Positions 32,467 through 42,656 of a stretch of 64,000 bases of DNA are shown here, piece after piece; within the stretch, counting starts at the first letter, position 1; each line of letters opens with the position of its first letter. A program made the translations under genes and the position numbers. Origin of the DNA: Chitinophagaceae bacterium. GTDB lineage: Bacteria > Bacteroidota > Bacteroidia > Chitinophagales > Chitinophagaceae. The stretch is taken from the NCBI GenBank assembly GCA_036007765.1, contig DASYOM010000164.1:5512-69511 (forward strand). Direction: 5' to 3'. Under the pieces are notes generated by a model. It was not told where the DNA came from, did not search any database, and saw only the letters and a list, made by a program, of their open reading frames with translations.

Positions 32467-32475
32467 AAATTAACC

Positions 32476-33138
32476 ATGAAAGAAAATAATATCACAACCT
32501 TATTTCTTGATATTGGAGGCGTGTTGCTTTCCAATGGATGGGGACACGATTTCAGGTAAAAAGCTGTAGATAAATTTCATCTCGATAAAGAGGAAATGGA
32601 AGAAAGGCATAGCATCATGTTTGTTACTTATGAAGAAGGCAGAATCACATTAGATGAATATCTTGATCGTGTTATCTTTTATAAAAAACGTGATTTTACT
32701 TTCAATGAATTCCGGGATTTCATGGTTTCGTTAACGACACCCAATGCAGAAATGATTGCTTTCATAAAAAAAATAAAACAGCAATATGGTTTAAAAATAG
32801 TTGCCGTAAGCAATGAATCAAGAGAACTGAATACATACAGGATACATACGTTTGGGTTGAATAGTTTCATTGACTTTTTTGTTTCGTCCTGTTATGTTCA
32901 TATAAGAAAACCGGATGCACGAATTTTTAAGCTGGCGCTTGATATGGCGCAGGTTCCTGAAAATGAAGTAGTATATATTGATGATGTACAAATGTTCGTC
33001 GATGTTGCAACCGATTTTGGAATCAAAAGTATTTGCCATAAAGATTATTCATCAACAGCCAAAGCATTAGCTCAGTTGGGATTGATAACCGATAAAATAT
33101 TTCTAACAAACCGTGATATTTCATCACTAACAAATTGA
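32476..33138 (+). pseudogene. HAD family phosphatase interrupted by an in-frame TAA
   Basis: ATG 32476 MKENNITTLFLDIGGVLLSNGW (motif I), TAA at 32557-32559, then in-frame continuation with VSN, RKPD and YIDD motifs. Confidence 0.85.
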
Positions 33139-33157
33139 TCATTTTAAAATCAAATCA

Positions 33158-33337
33158 ATGAACTGGTTAGTTATAATAATAGTTTGCATTTTGGCAATTG
33201 CATTGATTGTATTTCTTGTAAGGCGTAATCAAAAAGATGAAAAGCAATTCGAAAAACAATTAGATAATGATTACCCTAAACCCAGGACAGACGAAAGGGA
33301 TATTGATATTGATAAATTAACGGATAGCGTTCATTAG
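33158..33337 (+). CDS. 59-aa single-pass membrane protein (missed by the ORF track)
   Basis: MNWLVIIIVCILAIALIVFLVRRNQKDEKQFEKQLDNDYPKPRTDERDIDIDKLTDSVH*; fills the gap between the HAD gene and ackA. Confidence 0.75.
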   Translation: MNWLVIIIVCILAIALIVFLVRRNQKDEKQFEKQLDNDYPKPRTDERDIDIDKLTDSVH

Positions 33338-33375
33338 AGATCATATAGAATGTTAATCGGAATAAATAGTATATA

Positions 33376-34542
33376 ATGATATTGGCTATTAACGGAGGAT
33401 CTTCCAGCATTAAGTTTGCTTTATTTAAAGCGGGCGATTCATTGGAACAATTGTTTAATGGAGAGATAGAAAATATCGGAACTAAAAAAGCAACACTCAA
33501 TTTTAATAGCAGTGTTGATAACCAAAAAAATAGTATCGATTTTGAAGCTGCCGATCATGACCAGGCTGCGAATCATTTGATAGACTGGCTTGAAAAACAG
33601 CAAAGTTTTGATTCAATCAAAGCAATTGGCCATCGCATAGTTCATGGTATGAAACATACGGAGCCTGAATTAATCACAGATGATCTCTTGAATGAATTAA
33701 AAAAGATCAGCGCATTTGACCCTGAACATTTACCCGAAGAAATTAAATTGATAGAAATCTTTAGCAGGCGTTATCCTTCATTAAAACAGGTAGCCTGTTT
33801 TGATACGTCCTTCCATACTTCTATGCCAACTGTTGCGAAGTTATTATCCATCCCACGCCGCTTTTATGAAAAAGGAATTCAGCGATATGGTTTCCATGGC
33901 CTCTCTTATGCATACCTGTTAGACGAACTTAAAAATGTAGCCGGAGATGAAATAGCAAAAGGCAAAATAATTTTAGCGCATCTCGGCAATGGCGCAAGCC
34001 TTGCAGCAGTAAAAGATGGTAAAAGTATTGACACCAGCATGGGATTCACCCCGACATCAGGATTGCCAATGGGCACACGTACCGGTGATCTTGACCCCGG
34101 TGTTGCATGGTATTTAATGCAGTTTGAAAAACTCAATCCAAAACAGTTTAGTCATTTAATCAATCACGAATCCGGATTGATCGGCATATCAGAAACAAGT
34201 TCAGATATGCGCGAACTAATGAAAATTGAAAAAACTGATGACCGTGCTAAAGAAACCATTGAATTATTTTGTTATCAAACAAAAAAATGGATCGGTTCAT
34301 TTGTAGCAGCACTTGGAGGCCTGGATACACTGGTGTTTTCGGGTGGCATTGGTGAACATTCGCCTGAAGTACGAAGTAAAATATGTGACAACCTTGAATT
34401 TTTAGGAATTGAATTAGAGGAAATAAAAAACAGGAATAACGAAGCTGTCATTTCTACCGAGATGAGTAAAGTGAAGGTTCATGTTATTAAAACAAATGAA
34501 GAATTGATGATAGCAAAATTAGTTTGCGATGTTTTGAATTAG
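33376..34542 (+). CDS. ackA: Acetate/propionate kinase
   Basis: ILAINGGSSSIK, GHRIVHG, FDTSFH, YGFHG, HLGNGAS, TSMGFTP, GGIGE, TNEE. Confidence 0.95.
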   Translation: MILAINGGSSSIKFALFKAGDSLEQLFNGEIENIGTKKATLNFNSSVDNQKNSIDFEAADHDQAANHLIDWLEKQQSFDSIKAIGHRIVHGMKHTEPELITDDLLNELKKISAFDPEHLPEEIKLIEIFSRRYPSLKQVACFDTSFHTSMPTVAKLLSIPRRFYEKGIQRYGFHGLSYAYLLDELKNVAGDEIAKGKIILAHLGNGASLAAVKDGKSIDTSMGFTPTSGLPMGTRTGDLDPGVAWYLMQFEKLNPKQFSHLINHESGLIGISETSSDMRELMKIEKTDDRAKETIELFCYQTKKWIGSFVAALGGLDTLVFSGGIGEHSPEVRSKICDNLEFLGIELEEIKNRNNEAVISTEMSKVKVHVIKTNEELMIAKLVCDVLN

Positions 34543-34660
34543 TCAAATCGAATGTTAATGATATAGCCAAATCATTAACGATGAACCGGCCTCTAAATTA
34601 ATAAGCTTATACTATAACAAAGAAAGCATTCATTAAAAAAAATATTTAAAAATTAGCATT

Positions 34661-34993
34661 ATGACCATACAAATTAATACAGATAAAAACCTAAGTGTAC
34701 ATGAAACGTTTAGGGCTCAATTAGATGATTTATTATTAGAAGAATTAGACCGGTTTAGTGAACATATTACCAGGTTGGAAGTCCATCTGTCAGACGAGAA
34801 CGGCTCAAAGAAAGGACAGGACGATAAAAGGTGCCTGCTGGAAGCAAGGCTTGAAGGGAAACAACCAATAGCCGTAACAGATTTGGCTGACACTTATGAA
34901 AACGCAGTAGAGGGGGCCTTACAAAAATTAAAATCTTCTCTTGACAAAATAGTTGGAAGATCGAGAAATCATAAAGGCCCGGTTGATTTATAA
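34661..34993 (+). CDS. HPF/RaiA-family ribosome-associated protein
   Basis: [40 protein letters not shown]. Confidence 0.88.
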   Translation: MTIQINTDKNLSVHETFRAQLDDLLLEELDRFSEHITRLEVHLSDENGSKKGQDDKRCLLEARLEGKQPIAVTDLADTYENAVEGALQKLKSSLDKIVGRSRNHKGPVDL

Positions 34994-35039
34994 CAAGGGA
35001 TTGTACCACATTTTCAATTTATCAACTAAAATATTTATT

Positions 35040-37424
35040 ATGGAAGGAACAGTTATTGATAAAGAAGTTGAAACTTTATCGCCCGAATTACTTCAAAAGA
35101 TGAACGCTTATTGGCGTGCTGCCAATTACCTTTCTGTTGGACAGATTTACCTGCATGATAACCCACTTTTAAAAGAACCTTTAAAGAAGGAACACATAAA
35201 GAGCATGCTGCTGGGGCATTGGGGGACAACGCCGGGGCAAAATTTTATTTATGTACATCTCAACCGCATTATTAAGAAATATGATCTTGACATGATCTAC
35301 ATTTCTGGCCCTGGCCATGGCGGTCCCGCCATTGTGGGCAATGTATATCTTGAGGGTACTTACAGTGAAGTGTACCCGAATATAAGCCAGGACGAAGAAG
35401 GCCTTAAAAAACTCTTCACACAGTTTTCATTTCCCGGCGGCATACCAAGCCATGTATCACCTGAATGCCCCGGTTCCATGCATGAAGGTGGCGAATTGGG
35501 TTATTCGCTCAGCCATGCTTTTGGTGCCGTGTTTGATAATCCAGATTTAATTGTTAGCTGTGTTGTTGGCGACGGAGAAGCAGAAACTGGGCCTCTTGCA
35601 ACAGCCTGGCATTCCAATAAATTTTTAAATCCTATCACAGATGGTGTGGTACTTCCAATACTTCACCTTAATGGTTATAAAATTGCGAACCCTACGGTAC
35701 TGGCAAGAATCGGCCACCAGGAACTGGATCATTTGTTCCAGGGTTACGGCTGGAAACCTTACATGATTGAGGGCGATGATCCTTTGACCATGCATCATAA
35801 TATGGCGAAGCTACTTGATACAGTGCTCGAAGAAATTAAGTCTATAAAAAAGCATGCCGTCGAACATAATGACAGCGAACGTCCCCGCTGGCCAATGATT
35901 ATTTTAAAATCACCAAAGGGTTGGACGGGCCCAAAGTTCGTGGATGCCTTACCGGTAGAAGGCACGTTCAGGTCGCACCAGGTTCCTATAACTGATCCCG
36001 CACAAAACCCTAAACACTTAAAGCAACTGGAAGAATGGTTAAGAAGTTATAAGCCCGAAGAATTGTTTGATGAACAGGGACATTTAATTCCGGAACTGGC
36101 AGACCTCGCACCAAAGGGCGAAAAGCGCATGGGTGCTAACCAGCATGCAAACGGCGGCGCTATCCTGCACAATCTTATTATGCCCGACTTCTGTGACTTT
36201 GCGCTTGAAATGAAAAGCCGTGGGCAAACAGGGCCAGGCGATACATTGGTCCTTGGTAAACTTATAAGAGATGTAATTAAACTAAATCTTGACAAAAGAA
36301 ATTTTAGATTATTTGGCCCTGATGAAACACTTTCCAATAAGCTCAATGCTGTATTTGAAGTTACCAACCGCCAATGGGAAGCTGAGACGATAGATACTGA
36401 TCAGTTCCTGGAAAAAGATGGACGTGTAATGGAGATGCTTAGTGAGCATCAATGCGAAGGCTGGCTGGAAGGTTATATACTAACGGGAAGGCATGGACTG
36501 TTTAATTGCTACGAAGCCTTTATTCATATTATTGATTCGATGTTTAACCAACATGCCAAATGGCTTAAAATAACATCAGAACTTGCATGGCGAAAAAAGC
36601 TTCCTTCATTAAATATTTTACTTGCTTCGCATGTATGGCGGCAGGATCATAACGGCTTCACTCACCAGGACCCTGGATTCATTGATCATGTAGTAAATAA
36701 AAAAGCATCCGTCGTACGTGTCTATTTGCCACCTGATGCCAACTGTCTTTTATCTGTAATGGATCATTGCTTAAGAAGCCGTCACTATGTGAACGTGATA
36801 GTTGCAGGCAAACATCCTGCGCCGCAGTGGCTTTCAATGGATGAAGCAGTGGTGCATTGCACGAAAGGTATTGGTATATGGGAATGGGCAAGCAATGATG
36901 AAAATACAGAACCAGATGTAGTGATGGCTTGCGCCGGCGACGTGCCCACGTTGGAAACATTAGCTGCTGTTTCTATCTTAATAGAAAAATTACCTGATTT
37001 AAAAATACGCGTGGTGAATGTTGTTGACCTGATGAAACTGCAGCCTGAAAGCGAGCACCCGCATGGATTAAACGATAAAGATTTTGATGCGCTCTTTACC
37101 AAAGATAAACCGGTAATTTTTGCCTTTCATGCTTATCCGTGGCTGATACACAGGCTTACTTACCGCCGTACTAATCATCATAACATTCACGTAAGAGGGT
37201 ATAAGGAAGAGGGTACAATTACAACACCTTTTGACATGACAGTATTAAATGATATGGATCGTTTTCATTTGGTACAGGATGTAATAGAGCGATTGCCGCA
37301 ATTGGGTGATACTGCATCATGGCTTAAGCAGGAAATGAAAGATAAACTTATTGAGCACAAAATTTATATAAGAAAAAATGGTATTGATATGCCTGAAGTA
37401 AAAAACTGGAAATGGAAAAATTAA
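35040..37424 (+). CDS. xfp: Xylulose-5-P/fructose-6-P phosphoketolase
   Basis: [37 protein letters not shown] (TPP), [12 protein letters not shown]; ATG 35040 is the likely start. Confidence 0.96.
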   Translation: MEGTVIDKEVETLSPELLQKMNAYWRAANYLSVGQIYLHDNPLLKEPLKKEHIKSMLLGHWGTTPGQNFIYVHLNRIIKKYDLDMIYISGPGHGGPAIVGNVYLEGTYSEVYPNISQDEEGLKKLFTQFSFPGGIPSHVSPECPGSMHEGGELGYSLSHAFGAVFDNPDLIVSCVVGDGEAETGPLATAWHSNKFLNPITDGVVLPILHLNGYKIANPTVLARIGHQELDHLFQGYGWKPYMIEGDDPLTMHHNMAKLLDTVLEEIKSIKKHAVEHNDSERPRWPMIILKSPKGWTGPKFVDALPVEGTFRSHQVPITDPAQNPKHLKQLEEWLRSYKPEELFDEQGHLIPELADLAPKGEKRMGANQHANGGAILHNLIMPDFCDFALEMKSRGQTGPGDTLVLGKLIRDVIKLNLDKRNFRLFGPDETLSNKLNAVFEVTNRQWEAETIDTDQFLEKDGRVMEMLSEHQCEGWLEGYILTGRHGLFNCYEAFIHIIDSMFNQHAKWLKITSELAWRKKLPSLNILLASHVWRQDHNGFTHQDPGFIDHVVNKKASVVRVYLPPDANCLLSVMDHCLRSRHYVNVIVAGKHPAPQWLSMDEAVVHCTKGIGIWEWASNDENTEPDVVMACAGDVPTLETLAAVSILIEKLPDLKIRVVNVVDLMKLQPESEHPHGLNDKDFDALFTKDKPVIFAFHAYPWLIHRLTYRRTNHHNIHVRGYKEEGTITTPFDMTVLNDMDRFHLVQDVIERLPQLGDTASWLKQEMKDKLIEHKIYIRKNGIDMPEVKNWKWKN

Positions 37425-37428
37425 AACA

Positions 37429-38448
37429 ATGAATACACAAATATTAAAAGACACCATAGCCCAACTTTTTGCAGGTGACAAGGGACTTCTTGCGATGGAT
37501 GAAAGCACAGGCACCTGCAACAAACGTTTCGCGGCAGCAGGCATTCCGCAGACAATTGAAATGCGGCGCAACTATCGTGAACTGATTGTTACAACACCAG
37601 GTTTGAATGAAAGCATAGGCGGTGCTATTTTGTATGATGAAACCATCAGGCAGCAAACAAAAGATGGTGTGCCGATGGCTGATGTACTGGTAAAAGCCGA
37701 AATCATCCCGGGAATAAAAGTTGACATGGGTGCTAAACCGATGGCGGGTTTTTCCAACGAAAAAGTTACCGAAGGTTTGGACGGCTTACGGGAACGGTTA
37801 GCCGAATATAAAAAGATGGGTGCACGTTTTGCTAAGTGGCGGGGCGTAATTACAATTGGCGATAACATTCCAACCAACGCATGCATCAAAGCCAATGTAC
37901 ATGCACTTGCACAATATGCAGGTTTATGCCAGGAGTCAGGCATTGTACCAATTGTTGAACCCGAAGTGTTGATGACAGGCAACCATACCATCCAACGATG
38001 TTATGATGTAACAGAGAAGGTTTTGAAAATTCTTTTTTATCAATTGTATGTTTATAGAATTGATTTGGAAGGAATGATCTTAAAGCCAAACATGGTAATT
38101 GCCGGAACGGAAAGTGCTAATCAAAACAGCATTGATGAAGTAGCAGAGGCTACGGTAAATTGTTTACTTGCATCCGTTCCTGCGGCAATGCCTGCCATTG
38201 CATTTTTATCTGGCGGTCAATCGCCTGAAGATGCAGCTGCGCATTTGAATGATATACATACAAAGTTTAAAAACCGCCTTCCGTGGATCGTTACGTTTTC
38301 TTTTGCAAGAGCTATTCAACAACCTGCTTTAGATATTTGGAAAGGACAGGATGCAAATGTGGAAGAAGCGCAAAAGTTATTATGCAAGCGGGCGAAATTT
38401 GATGCTGCGGCACGCCAGGGTAAATACAATGCTGCCATGGAAGAATAA
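37429..38448 (+). CDS. Class I fructose-bisphosphate aldolase
   Basis: GLLAMDES, FAKWR, VPIVEPEV, LKPNMV (Schiff-base Lys), FLSGGQ, TFSFARA. Confidence 0.95.
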   Translation: MNTQILKDTIAQLFAGDKGLLAMDESTGTCNKRFAAAGIPQTIEMRRNYRELIVTTPGLNESIGGAILYDETIRQQTKDGVPMADVLVKAEIIPGIKVDMGAKPMAGFSNEKVTEGLDGLRERLAEYKKMGARFAKWRGVITIGDNIPTNACIKANVHALAQYAGLCQESGIVPIVEPEVLMTGNHTIQRCYDVTEKVLKILFYQLYVYRIDLEGMILKPNMVIAGTESANQNSIDEVAEATVNCLLASVPAAMPAIAFLSGGQSPEDAAAHLNDIHTKFKNRLPWIVTFSFARAIQQPALDIWKGQDANVEEAQKLLCKRAKFDAAARQGKYNAAMEE

Positions 38449-38684
38449 GATCATCTCATTTAGTGATCTTTAAATAAATGGAATATGATATGCTCAAATC
38501 CATTTGCTTATTGAATTTAATAAGATATACGCAAAAGGGTCAAAACCTTGAGTTGTTATTTTGAAAAACCTTACTATTTTATGATAAAAATGCGAACCGT
38601 TTTTCCTTCGTGCTCTTTGTGACTTTGTGGTAAAGAAAAACTTTTGCGAAGCAAAAGAAGAAAAACCAATATCAAACATCTTAC

Positions 38685-38822
38685 ATGGATTTATTAACCA
38701 TCATTATAATTCTTATTATTCTCAGTGCTGTTTTTCTTACCTTAATCAACGCATTATTAAAGCTACCAGGTGCTATAAGTTTGGTTACTATTTTGATAGT
38801 AGTCTCTCTTACTTATGAGTGA
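38685..38822 (+). pseudogene. N-terminal remnant of a CPA1 cation:proton antiporter
   Basis: With two compensating shifts it reads MDLLTIIIILIILSAVFSYLNQRIIKLPGAISLVTILIVVS, resembling Na+/H+ antiporter N-termini; truncated after ~45 codons. Confidence 0.55.
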
Positions 38823-38868
38823 AATCAAAGGCAACGAATTTTTCTTACATTGGAACAAAAAAAATAAA

Positions 38869-40383
38869 ATGGAAACCGAAGTAAAAACATCTGCCACTAT
38901 CATTATTATACTTGGTGCTACAGGAGATTTAACCTGGCGTAAATTGGCGCCTGCTATTTACAACCTCTGGCTGGATAAATGGATACCCGAAGAGTTCGCA
39001 GTGATCGGGGTAAGCCGCGATACATATACAAGCCCCGAATTTGAAAAACATCTGCATGAAGGCGTAGATAAATTTTCACGACGGGGAAAAACAAAGAAAA
39101 ATGAATGGGAGCTTTTTGCTAAATTCCTCACATTCCAGCAGGGGGAATTTAATGATGCATCTACTTATTCTACCATAAAAAAGCAAATAGACGTTCTTGA
39201 AAAAAAATGGAATACCACAGCCGACAGGATATTTTATCTTGCTGTTCCGCCAAATGCATTTGAAGAAATTTCTATGAATATAGGAACTTCAGGACTTGCA
39301 GAAAATAAGCTTAAAAGCCGGATTGTTGTGGAAAAGCCTTTCGGTCACGACCTACAAAGCGCCATTGAACTTAATGCCTTATTGCATACCAATTTTGAGG
39401 AAACGCAGATATATCGTATTGATCACTATCTCGGAAAAGAAACGGTGCAGAATATACTGGCTTTCCGGTTTGCCAATACATTGTACGAGCCTATCTGGAA
39501 TCGCAATTATATTGACAGCATTCAAATAACTGTAGCGGAGGAACTGGGTGTGGAGAACAGGGGTAATTATTATGAAACGGCAGGAGCGCTTAGGGATATG
39601 ATACAAAACCATCTGCTGCAATTACTCTGCCTCGTCACCATGGAACCGCCCGTTTCGTTTGAAGCTGATGAAGTGCGCAACCGCAAAGTAGATGTATTGA
39701 ATGCTTTGCAAAAAATAAATCTCGAAGACGTACATGAGTATGCGGCCCGCGGCCAATATGGGCCGGGATGGCTCAAAGGAAAAAAAGTAATTGGTTATCG
39801 CCAGGAGCCGGATGTAAGTAAGGATTCAACCGTAGAAACATTTGCTGCATTGAAATTGTACATGAACAACTGGAGATGGCAGGGCGTGCCTTTTTATTTG
39901 CGAACCGGCAAACGAATGGATGAAACAATTTCAGTGATAACCATACAATTCAAAACTCCGCCCTACCAATTATTTCCGGCACAGGCAATAGGCAACTGGC
40001 AGCCCAATCGCCTTGTATTGAGCATTCAGCCCCACATGGGAATCTCGACGAGGTTCCAGGCAAAACGGCCAGGCCTTAAAATGCTGCTCTACCCCGTTGA
40101 CATGCATTTTGATTATAACGAATCTTATACTTCAGGAACGCCGGAAGCTTATGAAACTTTGTTGCTGGATATTATGGAAGGAGATACAACGCTGTTTATG
40201 CGTGCCGACCAGGTAGAAGCTGCATGGAGAGTGCTGATGCCTGTTATTAATGTATGGAAAGCAAATCCTCCCAACAACTTTCCCAATTATAAAGCCGGCA
40301 GCCAGGGAGCCGAAGATGCGGAAATACTTATTGCAAAAGATGGCCACAGTTGGTTTGATATGCCGATTAATGATTTATCGTAA
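38869..40383 (+). CDS. zwf: Glucose-6-phosphate 1-dehydrogenase
   Basis: GATGDL, EKPFG, RIDHYLGKE, RDMIQNH, RWQGVPFYLRTGK. Confidence 0.96.
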   Translation: METEVKTSATIIIILGATGDLTWRKLAPAIYNLWLDKWIPEEFAVIGVSRDTYTSPEFEKHLHEGVDKFSRRGKTKKNEWELFAKFLTFQQGEFNDASTYSTIKKQIDVLEKKWNTTADRIFYLAVPPNAFEEISMNIGTSGLAENKLKSRIVVEKPFGHDLQSAIELNALLHTNFEETQIYRIDHYLGKETVQNILAFRFANTLYEPIWNRNYIDSIQITVAEELGVENRGNYYETAGALRDMIQNHLLQLLCLVTMEPPVSFEADEVRNRKVDVLNALQKINLEDVHEYAARGQYGPGWLKGKKVIGYRQEPDVSKDSTVETFAALKLYMNNWRWQGVPFYLRTGKRMDETISVITIQFKTPPYQLFPAQAIGNWQPNRLVLSIQPHMGISTRFQAKRPGLKMLLYPVDMHFDYNESYTSGTPEAYETLLLDIMEGDTTLFMRADQVEAAWRVLMPVINVWKANPPNNFPNYKAGSQGAEDAEILIAKDGHSWFDMPINDLS

Positions 40384-40496
40384 AATAAAGTTTCCGCATT
40401 GGAATTAGCGTCTGTCTTTTTAATGGAGCCTTTCGCAACCAGGCAGGAAAAAGGTTCGGTACTTGGCGAGTTAACTGCAAGCAAAACACTTCAGAA

Positions 40497-41186
40497 ATGG
40501 AACTTGTAAAACATTATACAAATAGAAGCGGGTGGATAAGAGCTGCAGTTTTAGGGGCTAATGATGGTATCCTTTCTACAACAAGTTTAGCCATAGGTGT
40601 AGCAGCAGCAAGTGATACACGCAATCCCATTATCCTCGCTGCATTGGCAGGTTTAGTAGCAGGTGCTTTGTCTATGGCTGCGGGAGAATATGTTTCAGTA
40701 GGCTCTCAATATGATATTGAAGTCGCTGATTTAAAGAGAGAAAAAGATGAACTCGAGGCAATGCCCGAAATTGAATTAAAAGAATTATCCAAACTCTATG
40801 AGAAAAGAGGATTAGATAAGAACTTAGCGATGCAGGTAGCTTCGCAATTAACAAATCGTGATGCCTTGGGAGCTCATGCAAGAGACGAATTAGGTATTAA
40901 TGAATTTACAAAGCCAAAACCTTTACAAGCTGCCTTAGCTTCGGGGGCATCTTTTATAACAGGAGGCATGCTGCCATTTTTAGTTTCAATTTTTGCTCCA
41001 ATAAAATCTATGGTGATTTATCAGTACGCATTTGCAATTGTATTCCTTGCATTGTCAGGAGCGGTTGCAGCGAAAGTTGGCGGTTCAAATATGCAAAAGT
41101 CAATTTTACGAATTTGCTTTTGGGGCACCATTGCAATGGGGATGACTGCATTTGTTGGATACCTCTTTGGGTTAAAAACAACTTAG
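40497..41186 (+). CDS. VIT1/CCC1 family Fe/Mn transporter
   Basis: RAAVLGANDG, AGALSMAAGEYVSV, HARDELG. Confidence 0.92.
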   Translation: MELVKHYTNRSGWIRAAVLGANDGILSTTSLAIGVAAASDTRNPIILAALAGLVAGALSMAAGEYVSVGSQYDIEVADLKREKDELEAMPEIELKELSKLYEKRGLDKNLAMQVASQLTNRDALGAHARDELGINEFTKPKPLQAALASGASFITGGMLPFLVSIFAPIKSMVIYQYAFAIVFLALSGAVAAKVGGSNMQKSILRICFWGTIAMGMTAFVGYLFGLKTT

Positions 41187-41294
41187 TCTGTATTCATTAT
41201 GGAATAATATAAATTATAGCAGAGAAGCCAGCAGCTAAAGTATTTGCAAAGCAGGGATAGACAAAGTAACATCAGATATGTGCAAGCATCAGAA

Positions 41295-42647
41295 ATGAAA
41301 CAGACAGTAAAATCCAACAAACCACCTGGTACAAATCCATTAGGCCCGGATGATGAAATGCTCGGTGTTCTGCAACGGGAAACTTTTAGCTATTTTCTAA
41401 AAGAGGCGAATGACCAAACCGGGTTGGTAGCCGATAAAACCCAGCCGGGGTCACCGGCGAGTATTGCTGCAACGGGTATGGCGCTTAGCTGTTATATAGC
41501 AGGAATCGAACGCGGATTTATAACACGGGCTGAAGCGATAAAAAGAACGCTCACCATTTTAAAATTCTTCCATACCAGCCACCAGGGCACCGAAGCGGAT
41601 GCAACAGGATACAAAGGATTTTATTATCACTTTCTTGATATGCAAACCGGAAAGCGTGCCTGGAAATGTGAACTATCAACGATAGATACTGCCATACTTT
41701 TAGCCGGGATATTAACTGCCAGATATTATTACACCGGTGAAAATAAATCCGAAATTGAAATAAGAAAATATGCCGATGAACTCTATGCACGGGTAGATTG
41801 GCAATGGGCTTTAAACGGCAAGGATACTATTTCGCATGGCTGGAAACCGGAGTCAGGATTTCTTCGTTCCAGTTGGAATAAACAATATTGCGAGGCACAT
41901 ATTATTTTTATACTGGCACTTGGCTCACCTACTTTTCCAATCAGTCCTTCCGGGTATAAAAAATGGACATTAACTTTTGAATGGAAAAAGTTATACGATA
42001 TAGAATGCATTTATGCCGGTCCGCTTTTTATTCACCAGATGTCACAAATTTGGTTGGATTGCAAAGGCATTTCTGATGATTTGAATAGAAAGATTGGTAT
42101 TGATTATTTTGAAAACAGTCGTCGCGCTACTCAAATCCAGCAACAATATGCCATAGAAAATCCAATGGGTTTTGCCCATTATGGAGAAAACGGATGGGGC
42201 TTTACGGCCAGCGATGGCCCCGGCCCCGCTACCCGCACCATTAATGGCATTAAAAGAAAATTTTATAACTACATAGCAAGAGGCGCTCCCTTCGGTCCGG
42301 ATGATGGAACCATATCACCCTGGGCCGTTGTATCTTCTCTGCCGTTTTTGCCAAAGGTTGTACTAAGCACGATGCGTCACGCGATTGAAAGGCTGGATTT
42401 TGAAAAACACCATGAATACGGTTTTGATGCCAGCTATAATCCCACCTTTCCGGAGAAGAATACCAAGTCCAATAGCTGGATATCTGAATGGCAATTTGGG
42501 TTAAACCAGGGGCCGGTTATTCTAATGATTGAAAATTACAAATCAGGACTAATATGGGATATAATGAAAAAGTGCCCCCATATAATTAATGGTTTGCACA
42601 GGGCTGGCTTTAGCGGTGGCTGGCTCGATTCAACAACAATGAAATAA
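41295..42647 (+). CDS. Glucoamylase-like / GH144-like endo-beta-1,2-glucanase, no signal peptide
   Basis: TGLVAD..ASIAATG, GFYYHF, ELSTIDT, GPLFIHQ, WGFTASDGP, DDGTISP, GLNQGP..MIEN. Confidence 0.8.
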   Translation: MKQTVKSNKPPGTNPLGPDDEMLGVLQRETFSYFLKEANDQTGLVADKTQPGSPASIAATGMALSCYIAGIERGFITRAEAIKRTLTILKFFHTSHQGTEADATGYKGFYYHFLDMQTGKRAWKCELSTIDTAILLAGILTARYYYTGENKSEIEIRKYADELYARVDWQWALNGKDTISHGWKPESGFLRSSWNKQYCEAHIIFILALGSPTFPISPSGYKKWTLTFEWKKLYDIECIYAGPLFIHQMSQIWLDCKGISDDLNRKIGIDYFENSRRATQIQQQYAIENPMGFAHYGENGWGFTASDGPGPATRTINGIKRKFYNYIARGAPFGPDDGTISPWAVVSSLPFLPKVVLSTMRHAIERLDFEKHHEYGFDASYNPTFPEKNTKSNSWISEWQFGLNQGPVILMIENYKSGLIWDIMKKCPHIINGLHRAGFSGGWLDSTTMK

Positions 42648-42656
42648 AATTAAACC

